DNA of 64,000 nucleotides from Chrysomallon squamiferum (GCA_012295275.1 CM022667.1:6634001-6698000), one strand, 5' to 3'. Positions 37,801-51,204 are shown, counted from the first letter of the stretch. Numbers and translations: made by a program. The notes: generated from the letters alone by a model not told the origin.

Positions 37801-40015
37801 GATACGACAACGACGACAACATCGGCCTCTTCTACAGGATCCTCACTGGAAAGGTCAGTTTACTGTTTTACTGTGTCTTTACTTTACTGTCTTTACTTTA
37901 CTGTGTCTTTACTGTGTCTTTAGTTTACTGTGTTTATGTTTTACTGTGTCTTTAGTTTACTGTGATTATATTTTACTGTGCTTTTATTTTACTGTGTTTA
38001 TATTTTACTGTGCTTTTATTTTACTGTGTTTATATTTTAACCTTTTTTTTTTTTTTTTTATATGTTTATATTTTACTTTGGTAAGTACAGAAATAGACCA
38101 TAAACTGAAATGAAAGAAGGATGAAATAAATTTGCTGTATGAATTTGACTGAGTGTGTTTCGGGGAGTGCTATGTCTACATTATGTGTGTATGTGTGCTT
38201 TTCTGTGTATGTGTGTGTGTAACATTTTCTGTGTGTAAATGTATGTGTAGCACTGAGTAGCTGTCTGTCTGTGTGTCTGTTCACATATGACTAGCATATT
38301 TTCGTGTATTTCTGTATCACACATGTTTAATAAAGTTCAATTGTGAATGCTGTGTTGAAGGTTGATGAAGAAACGTACCACACACAGCTGCAGCGAGTCC
38401 AGAAACTCATCACAGCTCTGACCAAGGCAGACGCTGAACTGGGCAATGTGGGAAAACTCCCGAAAGAGGTTTTCAAGAAAACCCTGGAACAGTTCTTTGA
38501 AGGAATCCAGGAGGAGGCCCTGCTGCGCTTGATGACTGCTGCAGAGGAGGAGCTGGAGGCAAAGGAGTCGCCAGAGCTTGAATACAAGAATCTGTTCATG
38601 GAGGTGAATGCTCCGTTTGTGTACAAAATGTTAAATACACAGTAACGTTTCACAAAATGTTAAATACAAAAATATATTTTCCCAACAAGTGTTTGTATCT
38701 GTTCTAGATATAGATAGAAATTTTAATACAAAAACAGTATATCATGAACAAGAATGTTTTAAAAGTTTTACAAAAATAATTCCCAGATAAATTCTTTATT
38801 AATATTAATAATAAATATGATTGTGATCATGCAGGTTGTAAAATAGAAATAGTGTTGCAGATAAAACAGGATTGTTTCATTTTGAAGATTTTTTTTTTAA
38901 TTTTGAACAATAAAATAATTTTCAGGACGATGAAGGAAAAAGCACTGCTTTTCTGGAAGCTGTTTACAAATACTGGAAATCAGAACAAGTGAAATACATA
39001 GAGGACATCAAACAACAGCTGGAAAACACAAAGTAAGTCTCACTTTGTACAGTTCTTATCTCACTTTGTACAGTTCTTATCTCACTTTATACAGTTATTT
39101 CAGTTTATACAAGTTGTTATCTCATTTTATACAGTTCTTATCTCACTTTATATATTTTTTATTTTCTTTTTACAGTTTTATCTTGTGTACAGTTTTTATT
39201 TTTTATACAGTTATTTCAGTTTATAGATAGATCTCAGATTATACAGTTATCTCACTTTGACAGTTCTTATCTCACTTTGTACAGTTCTTATCTCACTTTG
39301 ACACAGTTGTTAGATATTTATATAGTTCTTTCACACTTTTACAGTTTTTATCTCACTTTGTTTTGTTTCTTATCTATTTATATATTTTTTTATTTTTTTT
39401 TTTATTTTGTTTGCTTTTATTTTTTTTTTTCTATCTTATTTTAAATTTGTTTAACTTTGTGATGTTTTATTTATATGTAAAAATATATATATATTTTATT
39501 TATTTATTTTCGTTTTGTTTTGTTTCTATTATTATTTAGTTAAATTATTTTGATTTTGTTTTATTTAAATGTGTTTTATTTTATATTTATTTAAATTTGT
39601 TTGATGTTTTATTTATTTAAATGTTTTGATTTTTTTTTAATTAAATCTGTTTGATGTTTTATTTATTTAAATGTTTTTTGTATTTATTTAAATGTGTTTG
39701 ATGTTTTATTTATTTAAATGTGTTTGATGTTTTATTTATTTAAATGTGTTTGATGTTTTATTTATTTAAATGTGTTTGATGTTTTATTTATTTAAATGTG
39801 TTTGATTTTTCAGTCCTGTTCCGGTTGATGAACTGCGCAGGGCGGTGATGCTGGTTGACCCGGAGATAAACGAGGCGCAGGCCACGGCGTACCTGTCCTG
39901 GGTGTACCAGACTCCGCCCGACAAAATCTTTGACGCTGACCCACTGGACGTTGACACGGTTGTCGAGAGACTTTCAAACGGAAACGTGTACCGAGTTAGC
40001 AAAGCAGCAAATTAA
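26894..40015 (+). CDS. TSNAXIP1: Translin-associated factor X-interacting protein 1; exons 26894-26940, 27423-27540, 28531-28788 (corrupted), 29773-29907, 30599-30668, 30909-31185, 33718-33829, 34061-34122, 34405-34494, 36395-36557, 36822-36950, 37683-37853, 38361-38603, 38926-39032, 39814-40015
   Basis: Collinear motifs shared with vertebrate TSNAXIP1: ELRLQAYREVFE..FKTY..LL, IRELEPL, ARKLLIADINDLRYQ, DDPVILKTALK, ANYGDVIPRRDFE, RTSTPRPDWDKC, YKNLFMEDDEGKS, MLVDPEI. All junctions are GT-AG and phase-compatible. Only exon 3 contains a stop and frameshifts. Confidence 0.92.
28005..28533 (+). repeat. 41/50-bp minisatellite containing the TSNAXIP1 exon 3 acceptor (gtatttcag|cct), about 12 copies
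   Basis: Unit ttcagcctgtgttagtaagacaggttttcactctggtgtat; the last copy ends at the real acceptor (28530). Confidence 0.9.
29176..29796 (+). repeat. ~58-bp minisatellite containing the exon 4 acceptor plus the first 24 nt of exon 4
   Basis: Unit tatctgagtgctgttgtacttgcag|gcatacagagaggtgtttgagtatctgtg. Confidence 0.92.
31180..31766 (+). repeat. Composite repeat re-iterating the exon 6 donor (ccctcaa|gta) plus gtgtgaaagtcagttaaagtgtg
   Basis: ccctcaagta recurs at ~31332, 31410, 31500, 31616 and 31708. Confidence 0.85.
32140..33710. repeat. Degenerate ~29-33-bp satellite (gttgtgtgtatgtagatatattttaatat) running up to the exon 7 acceptor
   Basis: Seen directly; it becomes increasingly garbled towards the 3' end. 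Confidence 0.85.
34495..36394. repeat. (ACA)n-rich satellite (gtaacaactagcttaaataacaac) starting at the exon 9 donor, then tttgtattgttaaa repeats ending at the exon 10 acceptor
   Basis: The intron is almost entirely repeat. Confidence 0.85.
37380..37662. repeat. 22/28-bp minisatellite (gtgtataaaagtgtgactgtta) just upstream of the exon 12 acceptor
   Basis: Seen directly. Confidence 0.9.
39570..39810. repeat. 27-bp minisatellite (tttaaatgtgtttgatgttttatttat) ending at the last-exon acceptor
   Basis: Seen directly. Confidence 0.85.
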
Positions 40016-40312
40016 CCTTTTCCTTTTTTACATTAAAATATTACATCTAAAAAAATAAATAACAAAATATTTACAGTTTAATGAAATTAACCTTTTACTT
40101 TTTTACATTAAAATATTACATCTAAAAAAATAAATAACAAAATATTTACAGTTTAATGAAATTAACCTTTTCCTTTTTTACATTAAAATATTACATCTAA
40201 AAAAATAAATAATAAAATATTTACAGTTTAATGAAATTAACCTTTTCCTTTTTTACATTAAAATATTATATCTAAACAAATAAATAATAAAATATTTACA
40301 GTTTAATGAAAT
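40010..40312 (+). repeat. 75-bp tandem repeat (4 copies) beginning at the TSNAXIP1 stop codon
   Basis: The aattaacc... unit starts at 40010, 40085, 40160 and 40235; it includes aataaa hexamers. Confidence 0.9.
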
Positions 40313-40817
40313 TTTTTCAGTGAAATAAAATTAATTTATTCTGAGTCCAAAACCATTAATTTAAAAGTAAAATAATAATAATAATAATGAGTTTATAAAT
40401 TACAAAAAAAAATTTAAAAATTGCTTCAGACGAGAATTAAAAATAAATTCTGTCTTGAACTGAAATGTTTTTATGTACTGTAAAACACTTACTGAACACA
40501 GAACATTAAACAAACTAATAATAAAATAAAATTAATTTTTAAAATAATAATAGTAATAAAAGTAACATTTTAATAAAGTATGAGTTGTAATTTTTGGAAA
40601 ATGACTTTTGATTCTGTGTAGCTAGTTACTATCTGATCAGGTGTGAACTAGGAACGTTAATTATCAGAAGAAAAACAAGCTTAAAAAAAGAAGTTTTATC
40701 TGAATGAGAAAGTGACTCACTGACATGATCAAACAGACTGAGTATTACATAATGAAGTGGTGAAGAAGGTTCAATCATTCATTTGTATTTAGGTCAAAAT
40801 TATACCAGCATCATTAC

Positions 40818-40856
<39 letters not shown>

Positions 40857-40876
40857 TTTTACTTATTTATTTATAT

Positions 40877-40921
<45 letters not shown>

Positions 40922-40960
40922 ATTTTATTTGTTTATTTGTTTATTTAATTATTTTATTTT

Positions 40961-40991
<31 letters not shown>

Positions 40992-42670
40992 TATATATTA
41001 TTTTTTTATTTTTTTTATTTATTTACTTACTTACTTATTTATTTATATTTTCATTTATTTATTTATTTAATGAAAATATTTCTTACTTGAAAATTCTGTC
41101 TACATCAGGTTTTATTAGAACATTTTTAGATAGTGAAATGTTTGTTTGGTAGTCAAAATGTATCTAGATTTTAAAAGTTTATGTACATAAATTATGATGT
41201 TTTGATACAAATGTATAAATTGTATATGAAAGTTTTTAACTACATTTAAATCAGATGATTTGTTTCATTTATCTTTGATCCTTTTTTTACTTTTGTCCAT
41301 TCAATATGTTTTTTTTTATTGAAATCTTGTTTGCTTTTTTCATTCAAAAATCTGTGATATTTTAAAGCAGTGATTTGAAATTTTAAAACTATTTAGTAAC
41401 TTTCCATGAATTCAAAGCTTTAAAGTTAATACTTTTTAATTCATTCTAAATCAGGTATTTTAAAACAAACTGTTAAGTTTTAACTTTGCCTTATAATAAT
41501 TTAGAATCGCACTATTGCCAAAGACTAACAAGATAAAACCTTGTTGTTTCTAATTCTTTTTGTCTAATTTTTTTTTATTTAATTTTATTTATTTGTACAT
41601 ACTTTTTTTTATTATTTTCTTTTTTCTTTTCTTTAGTTATTTTTTTATTCATTTATTACTGATTAAAGATTTGTAAAATCTGTTAAATGATTTCTCTTTA
41701 TTGAAACTTTGATATGAATGATGACTGGATCAAGTATAATTGTTGATTTATAAGTCAGTTTCATAATTTTATATTGTTATTATTATTTTTTATGTCAGTG
41801 AGTTTTACATAAATATATTGTTTCTATGATTTGTAAGAAAATATTGTTAACATTCTTTCTTATACTCTCAGCATAATTTATAATCATGTTTAAAACAGTT
41901 TTTATAAACATTTAAATAGATTTATATATATAATTAACTGTTTGTTATTATTATTATTTTTATTTTTTTTTTTTTTTTATTATAGTTTCATTTTGTTATT
42001 TCCTTTCTAAATAAACTGAAAAGAAATGAAAATACACACTTATTGATAAAATATCTTCATGCAAACAAAAGAACAATTGTATTTATTCTGTGCCTTCTTA
42101 AATGTTTTGTTTATCTTTGCTTTAAAACAAAAAGATGTTTCGCTTTACTTAAATCATTCTTCCACTGAATATAAATTTAGATATTTACTTTTTTTTTTAT
42201 CTTTTCTCTTAATTCTGTTGTAAAAGTGCATCTGTGATAAAATATACTCTGTGTACTATAAAACAATAATATTTTGTTGTTATTACTTTTCTTTTGTTGT
42301 TGTTGTTATTGTTCTTAGTATTATCATTATTATTATTTATTTATTTACTTATTTATTTATTTATTTTTACTGTATGCTTCCTGACATGTAAAACTATAAA
42401 TAATTTGTTTTTAAAATATACATACACATGAATTGTAATGTACTTGCTTTATTAAATGGTTGAAGCACTTTGCTTGTTGTTGTTATTTGGGTTTTGGGGA
42501 CTGTCTAATAACAGTAGAAATTTTCCAGATTACTGTTATTACATTACAGTTTATAAAAAAAAAACAGTTGTATACATTTTAGGGGGAATCAGACTGTATA
42601 TTGATCTGAATAAGATTTATGTGTAATATATGTTTTATACATATACATATATACAGAGAGAGAGGGGGGG

Positions 42671-42759
<89 letters not shown>

Positions 42760-43167
42760 CTAATATGGATTATATTTGAAATGCCTTTAAAAACATATTT
42801 AATTATCATGACGCTATATTCAATAACAGTGAACGTGATGAATGTAAATTTTATTTTAATGACTTGCAAAGGTTGCTATAAATACAACAAACATATACAT
42901 TACATCCACGGCAAAGCACTCGATTATTGATCTAAAACTTCACCGTGAGTTAGCAGAAGCTATTAAATGTGTGTATTGATTAACCAGTCGTGTATTATTT
43001 TACAGCTCTTAGCATGACAAACTGTTTATGTATGTTTTTACAATAAACAGTTGTAATAATGAAAAATAAAAAAAACAAAGAGAGAAAAAAAAAAATAATA
43101 ATAATAAGCAATTATCGTAGTAAAACAAACATCAACAAGGAACGTTTTACTTTTCATCACTTTATTT

Positions 43168-43602
43168 TTATGAATGCACCACCTTGTTCCCGAACGGATT
43201 TTCCCGAGCGCTTTGGTAAGCTTTTTCGTAATAGGTACCCGACATGTCTTCCGGAAGGTAGCGGAGATTGGCGAGTTCAATTACGAGCAGTTTTCGCGCA
43301 TCGCTCTCGTTCCGGTAACGTCGGTACTCCTCGGACAGAAGTTTCTGAAGTCGTTTGACTTGTTTCTCCAGAGCCAGTTTCTCGTTTTTCATAGCATCAA
43401 TTTCAGTCAGCTGCCTGCGGTTTATCTGTTTGAGTTCGTTGACATCTAAAATAGGAAAACAAATTTAAGAAAAGTTAGCTTTTCAAGTACAGTTGTTTTA
43501 GCAGTAGTTGCAGCAACAGCAGTAATAATAGTAGTTGTTGTTGCAGCAGAAAAAGTAGCAGTAATTATAATAGTATTAGGACTAATAATAATAGCAGAAA
43601 CT

Positions 43603-43639
<37 letters not shown>

Positions 43640-44265
43640 CAGTAATAGCAGTAATAGAAGTTATAATATTAGTACTAGATGTAGCAGTATGGCTAACTGT
43701 AATAGTAGTAAAGTAGCAACACTACTGATAGTAGTAGTAGTAGTTTTTATTATTATTTTGCGCGTGTATTTATATTTTCTTCTTCTTCTTCTTTTGCATT
43801 CTTCCAGTAAAATTGTTTATGTAATCGTTACGCGTCAACATTCCAAATTGATGTTGATTAGGTGATCACGTGACCTTACTAATACCTTTTTTCTCTTCTT
43901 GCAGAAACTTGTGCAGTTCTTGTTCATACTGCTCGTGACAGGAAATTAAATTTTCCTACAGAAAATAAAAACCTTACTGAATTTAAAAGTTATTGCTGAT
44001 GTTGTTTTCTAATATGTCGTCTATATTACTAAAGTCTGTATAAGTTATGTAACACAATTATTTATTTTTCATCTTCTTACTTATTTACATAAATATTTAT
44101 TTTATTTTTTATTATTTATTTATTTATTTATTTACTTTATTTATTTATTTAATTTTAAAAAGTTTTAAAAAGTGAAAACAGAATTTGTTTTAATTTTTTT
44201 TAAATTATGTTATTGTTGTTGTTGTTTGTTTTACTTGTGCATATGGATTCATTTATATTTTTGAA

Positions 44266-44303
<38 letters not shown>

Positions 44304-45947
44304 CAACATCATCATTATCATCATCATCATCATCATTATTATTTTTATTATTCTCATTATTATTATTATTATTTGTGTGTGTGTGTGTGTGTGTGTTTAA
44401 AGGATGTTTATTATACTGAAGTTGTTGTACAGTTGAGGTTTGATCGGTGGAGAGATGGTTTAAGTGAGCTGCATTTTAAAGTTAATGTTGTGATTACTAG
44501 AAGAATTGTAGTTCACTGGATTAAAATAGGTTGACGTGCCTGCAGTGGCTGCAGTTCGCGTATTTTCTGTTTCTGTTTGTTCAGCATCATTTCGTACTCG
44601 TTTTTCACAGCTGCCAGTATCGACCTGTACGTCGTGAAGTTCTCAATCAGCGCCTCAAACACCTGTCTATACACCTGCAAAAACACACCTGTTTATGTAC
44701 CTGTATTAACACATTCTTGATTACACATCTCTGTACACACCTGTATTAACAAACACCTGTAAAAACACACCTGTTTATGTACCTGTATTAACACATTCTT
44801 GATTACACATCTCTGTACACACCTGTATTAACAAACACCTGTAAAAACACATTTGTGAACATCTGTAATAGCAAACACCTGTCTATGAACCTGTAAAAAA
44901 ATATTTTTAACAACAGCAGTAACTACAGTAATATTAATTTCGTAATATCGATTTCTTTTATTTATATATTTTGTGTCTGAGTGTACGTCAGTTTGTGTGT
45001 GTTTTATGATTATAGTTATTAGTGTTAACGGAAAACCACCTGAAGTCGAAGCTCGTTTGGTTTCACCTCGACAACATTCAAGGTACGCAACTCTTTCTTG
45101 ACATACTTTTCTAGCTGGTCCAGGAAGCGCGGTTTCGGTGTCACTTCCGGTTTGTGCGTCTCTTCATCCGTTATCAGAGCGAGGCCCTTTCTCTTCGTGA
45201 GCACAGCCGTAGCAGACGAACCATCCTGTGTGCTCGCGTGAGCAGGCCACAGGTCGAATTCTCCCGCCTTCTGATCTATGAACGGCTGAAATGTTCACAC
45301 ATACCATGTGTCTGTTGTTGTTTTCTTTATTATTTATTAGATGTTATTATCACCATCATCATCATCATAATTTATTGACTGTGTGTGTGTGTGTGTGTGT
45401 GTGTGTGCTCTGCTTGTATGTTAGTATGCTGTTTGATTTTATTCATGTATGCATGTAGGTATTTATGTGTATGTGTATGTGTATGCATATATGTATGTGT
45501 TTGTAGATATGTATCTATGTGTATATTTATATATGTATATGTATGAATATATAGGAAAATACCCACACAACACAAATACTCAAACACACATAGATACACA
45601 GATATTATCTATATGTATAATGTGTTTATCTGTATGTTTTGTTTGAGTTTTTTTGTTTGTGTTTTGTTTCTTGTGTTCTAAAATTAAAACATGTTCATAC
45701 GGTCAGTGCTCTTGGATTTGGTAGAAAATGTTCCTGGTTCTTGATCGTAAAGGTTCGCCGAGGTGTTGGTCTGTTAATAAGCAAATGTGTACGTGATTAA
45801 ACAGTAAACTGGAACATCACTGTGATGTGTGAGTTTGTGTGAACGTGTAAATTGTTAACTAAATCTGAAACTATGAAAATAATACTTTTTGCGTGTCTGT
45901 TTTTTAGCATCACTATGCTGACCGTTAGCCTTCGGATCCTGGCTCAT
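43168..45947 (-). CDS. Truncated TSNAXIP1 paralogue B (N-terminal domain plus coiled coil only), ~286 aa; exons 45947-45886, 45770-45701, 45285-45040, 44674-44540, 43955-43886, 43445-43168
   Basis: Open spliced frame (861 nt): FDLWPAHAS..KPRFLDQLEKYVKKEL..ELRLQ|VYRQVFE..AAVKNEYEMML..IRELQPLQ|..ARKLLVIELANLRY. Exons 4 and 5 are 135 and 70 nt, as in the parent gene. The exon 4 donor is GC (CAG|GCACGT). Confidence 0.82.
44672..44900 (-). repeat. 82-bp repeat (2 full copies plus a partial) containing the exon 4 acceptor of paralogue B
   Basis: On the minus strand: gtgtttttgcag|GTGT (real) versus gtgtttttacag|GTGT (copies). Confidence 0.8.
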
Positions 45948-46493
45948 TTCGAACTAAAAACTTTCACATTATCTGTTACGCCATGAAAACTCGAAAATAT
46001 ATAAATAAGAGTGTCAAACAATTACAGTGAAACTTTAAAATTAGCAAGATAAACTTTAAAATATATATATATTATATATATATAAATAAAAAAATAAGTA
46101 AAAAAAACCTAATAATAGTGTATGACGTAAATTATAGTTTATGACGTTATAAAAGACCAGTTCGCATTTACATCGTGAATTCTCGAGATATAACAACTGT
46201 GCTTCTGAAATAAAATCTATTACGTGTACAGTTCTGACTTTATTTTCCACTTGTTCTTTTACAGAACATAATTTGAAAAATGGAAATAAATGTTTTATTT
46301 TTATACTATTATATTAATTTTCAAGATTTTACAAGATTTAAGATCTCGTAATTTCTCATATAAAAGAGAATTAAGAAAACATGTTTTTCAATGACGTAGC
46401 AAGTGATGTAATTTTCATCTGGTGTCAAACGGAAACAACGACAACCACAACTTACTGAGTTCAGCTAAACAAATTTATATCGACTTTTAAACA

Positions 46494-46548
46494 ATGTCAA
46501 AGACAGATATTTTTAGTCAGTACTCCGAATTTTTTTTTTATTATTATG

Positions 46549-46620
<72 letters not shown>

Positions 46621-49600
46621 CAAGAAAAGAAAAAAGAATGTTTTACTTGAAGCAGTAAAATAGTAAAAATCAAAATTTTTTGTCATTATAAAAATGATGA
46701 TGTCAGGGCAAAAACAACTACCGACTCTTGACAGGCCACTTTTGTTTATCTAGTATTTATTTATTATCTAATCTTATTGTTTTGGTTGTTGTCATTACAG
46801 ATAAACCAAATCCCCACGACACTCCAAAACAGATTTTCATTAGGGTACCACAAACATCGTTTCTTCCCCATCATCGGACTTCAAACACGAGGGTTCGTTT
46901 CGTTTATTTCTTTATAACGCCAACATAGGTACACATCCGGATATGTATGTATGTATGTATGGATGGATGTATGTATGTATGTATGTATGTATGTATGTAT
47001 GTATGTATGTATGTATGTATGTATATTGATGTATGGATGTATGTATGTATGTATGTATGTATGTATGTATGTATGTATGTATGTGCGTACGTATGTATGT
47101 ACGTATCTTCAGAATATTGGTGCTGACACATTTATGAGGTGATAAACGGGAATGTGGTTATACAGGGCGCGTTATAAAGAAGTTTGTACATACATACGTA
47201 TATACATACATACATACATACATACATACGTACGTACATACATACATAATGCAAACATACAAACATACACACATAGCTATACACACATGCTTACACAGAG
47301 AGAAAGAGATACAAACATACATAAGCACAAATGCATGTTAGTGATGACAACTATTAGCTTTTTTATTTTATTTTTAAATTTTTTTTTTTTTTTTTTTATT
47401 TTTTATTTATTTATTTACTTATTTACTTACTTACTTACTTATTCATTAATTTATTTACAGAACTGCATAAGCCAGAAGACGTGTCACCACGAGGTAGACA
47501 TTTCCTACCCGTGTCGCCAGCACTCCAAGAACCAGCATGAACCTGTTCGCAACAAGCCAAACTTCCTGAAGGCGATGGAGAACTTCCTTAAAAAAGAACT
47601 GAAAAAGTTAAACGCCACAGACGAGAAACCCAGCGAGCTTCGACTTCAGGTCAGCCCGCGAATAAAGGGAGGGATGGATGAACGGACGAATGAACGGACA
47701 AATGAACGAGTGAATGAACAGTTAAAGAAAGGAATTAGTGAACATAAAAGAGCATATGGATGCGCGACTGAACTATCAAAGAAATGAATGAATGAAGAAA
47801 TGAATAAGTGATTGATCGGGAAGACAATGAATAGATGAATATGACAAATAAGTAACTAAATAGTTGATGAGTGAATGAACGCATGGATGAATGAAAAGAT
47901 GGATAGAAGAATGATTATGCGGACGAATAGATCAATGGATGTGTGAGTCTGTATTACAGCTTCTCCAGGCGAACAAATGAATGAAAACGCTTTAGAATAC
48001 AACAAGAGAAAATATAAAATGTGTTTATGTAGAGAATAACTGGTTAGTCTCTTAAGATATCAGATTTATCCTGCGATTGTTAGAATGCTGATTGCAGTGA
48101 GGCTCTACAGAGCTGCAACAGCCAAACAACCAGACAAGGATATATATCTTAGTTCAGTAACCTGTCATTTCTTTTATGTATTTATTTATTTTAAAGATTT
48201 AACTCCGATTTGTGTGTATTATTGTACAAGTGTGTGTGTGTGTGTGTGTGGTTGTGTGTGTGTGTGTGTGTGTGTGTTTATCGTGCCCCAATGTTCGGTG
48301 TAAATTAACTTGCATATTAAGTTATTAATAATTGCTAATTAATGATTACTACTGATAAAGGACTGCTCCTTGTTCTAATTTAAGTCTCGTGTGTGGTATT
48401 TCCTGTATTTATTCATTCATTCATTCATTCATTCATTCATTCATTCATTCATTCTCCATCTTCTTCTCTTCCTCTTCCATTTTTTTCTAAAAAAAATTGA
48501 TGTTATTTTCACTTTCTCTACTTCTGATTTTATTTTTCTGTTTCTTTCTCTTCTTCCACTTTTTTCAAATTTTCTACTCCATTGTGTTCTTTTTTTCTGT
48601 GTTTTCTTCCATAACCGTCAGTGAACACACTATTTCCTTTCCCGCGCAGGCGCACTCACAGGTGTTTGAGACGATGATAGAAAACTTCAGGACGTTCAGA
48701 CCGCTGCTAGCCGCCATCAAGAACGAGTACGAGATGATGATAACACACAACAAGATGAAAATACGAGAACTCGAACCACTAAAAGTAGGTCGTCGTTGCC
48801 GCTGTCGTCAAAGTGGCTGCTGATCTAAACGTTGTCGTTACAGTTTTAGGCGTCCATGTTCGTAACCGGTTGTCCTGCTAGTTGTTGTCGCCTGTGTTGC
48901 CGTCGTTATAACATATACAAAGTGGACGATGTCGTGTTTCCGTGTAAAGTCAGGGGTTAAAAACTTTTAGCCTAAACTGATGTACTTTTAAGTGTTGTGT
49001 TTGTTTCTAGGCTTACTTAACACAGTTCGATAATAAACTAACAACAGAACAAGAGACGCTCAGATTTAATTTCCCAGTTACAAGACGATACATCTTCAAA
49101 GAATTGTAAAGATACTGAAAAACCTGTAGCTCACTTCAGTTATTTATTTATACCTAGTATTTATTTCTTTATTTATCTATTTATTTCTTTATTTATTGAT
49201 TTATTTCTTTATTTATCTATTTATTTCTTTATTTATATCATCATTCCTTTACCAGGAAGCAATGTACATGCTGAAAGAACGGTTTCGTAAACAGGTGATG
49301 GATTTCAAAGAAGAACAAAGGAAAGGTGATACAGTGTTTAAGTTTTAGTTCTTCATTTTTGTTTAATACAACGTTTAATGTACAACATCTATCTACCAGT
49401 CCACACCTGTCTCACTGTCTTTCTGTCTGTCCTTCCTTGTGTCTATCTGTTTATCTCTCTGTCTGTTCGTCTGTGTATCTACTGATCTGTCTTTCTATCC
49501 ATCTATCTATATTTCTATCTATCTGTCTATACTTCTGTATATATATGTTTATGTCTGTCTATGTATACATCTATCTATATGTGTTTCTGTGTGGACAGGA

Positions 49601-49844
49601 TGTATCTATACATGTATCCATCCTTCTCTGTCCAGAAATTGCGAACCTGAAGAAAGAGAACCGGAAGCAGCTGAACGAGTTGTCGGTACTGATGACGGAG
49701 AAGCTCGACTTGAAGAAGCAGGTGCAGCGACTGCAGGCGAAGTTGAAGGAGGAGTACTACAAGTACCGAGACGAGCTGGACAGCCGCAAACTGCTCATTT
49801 CCGAAATCACCAGTCTCAGGTTCATGCCAGACTACCTCTTCTGA
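46494..49844 (+). CDS. Truncated TSNAXIP1 paralogue C, ~238 aa; exons 46494-46515 (tentative), 46801-46892, 47461-47649, 48650-48784, 49256-49325, 49636-49844
   Basis: KPNFLKAMENFLKKEL..PSELRLQ|AHSQVFETMIENFRTFRPLLAAIKNEYEMM..IRELEPLK|..SRKLLISEITSLRFMPDYLF*. The 135- and 70-nt exons are conserved and introns are GT-AG. The first exon and start codon are uncertain. Confidence 0.8.
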
Positions 49845-50178
49845 CCGAGCCAGCCTTCTGACTTCAGTTAAAAACAAACAACCAATTACAGACAGAACGG
49901 TTTTAGATTCATACTTTAACTTATGAGCTTATTATAAGTATTTGAAATAGCGGAATAAAGACAGTATATATTTTTATTTATTTATTTATTTGTTTGAATT
50001 CATATAACGTTCTTCTTTTTTTTCTTTTTCTTTTCTTATTTTTTCTTTTTCTTTTCTTTTATTTTCTTTCTCTTTTTTGTACATCTCAGATTAAGAAATT
50101 ATAATTTATTTTTGATATTAAATTTTTGGTGTAAAAATTAAAAAAAATAAAATAAATAAATAAATATCAGATATTTTC

Positions 50179-50194
50179 AAAATGGCGCCATTTT
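50179..50194. promoter_or_regulatory. Perfect 16-bp palindrome aaaatggcgccatttt (YY1-like core on both strands)
   Basis: Seen directly, between paralogue C and RANBP9/10; function not shown. Confidence 0.3.
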
Positions 50195-50290
50195 TTTACT
50201 CTTATTAATTCAGGCTTCCAGACGTTTGAAATTTAAAACGGACTTTCTGAATTTTTTTATTGGGACGCTCTTTCTACTTTATTTCATACA

Positions 50291-50338
<48 letters not shown>

Positions 50339-50890
50339 TGGTACAAGTGAATTTCTGATAAAACGAAATTAGATACATGATAAGTAAACACATAAATAGC
50401 CTGAACTTAATAACTATTTTCCCAGCCGAATGAAAGTTGTGTTATATTATTGTGTAAAATCACACACCTGCGTACGCGTGTATGTCAGTATGTGTGTGCG
50501 ATCGCTTTCCTGTTTGTGATTTGTCGTTCGTGTGTGAAATACAACTTTGTTTTATCGAGTGCAGTAACTATATATATTACACGCTTGTTTTGTTTTTATA
50601 ATACATCTAGTGTCGTGCTGTTGACACAGATGGTTAAATTCAAAACTAGAAATAACGTTTCAGCGCCTGACTTGTCTGTACATTATTATCATTTATTCTG
50701 TTTCTATAATGAATCTATTTATATATTTGGAATTTTTAGACAGATTTATCACTGTTTGTTTGTTTGTTAGATTATTTTACTGAATGAAAAATGAGATAGA
50801 TAAACAATGAAATAAAGACTGAATTAAAAATATATACTTGTTTTGTTTTTATAATATATCTAGTGTCGTGCTGTTGGCACAGATGGTTAA

Positions 50891-50921
<31 letters not shown>

Positions 50922-51008
50922 TGTGTGTGTGTGTGTATGTGTGTGAGTGTGTATGTGAGTGTGTGTGTATGTGTGTGTGTATGTATGTGTATGTGTGTGT
51001 ATGTATGT

Positions 51009-51076
<68 letters not shown>

Positions 51077-51151
51077 CGGCAGACTCGGCTAGGCTATGCA
51101 GTAGTAAAGCTCGACAGTAACCCATTCACGTGTTTTTATTTCGTTGTCGTT

Positions 51152-51204
<53 letters not shown>

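Noticed and set aside
46694-46752. ATGATGATG...LPTLDR as exon 1 of paralogue C
   Set aside because: It resembles the parent's LPPLSG, but the available donors are phase 2 and give an immediate stop in the next exon. The 46494 start was preferred, tentatively.
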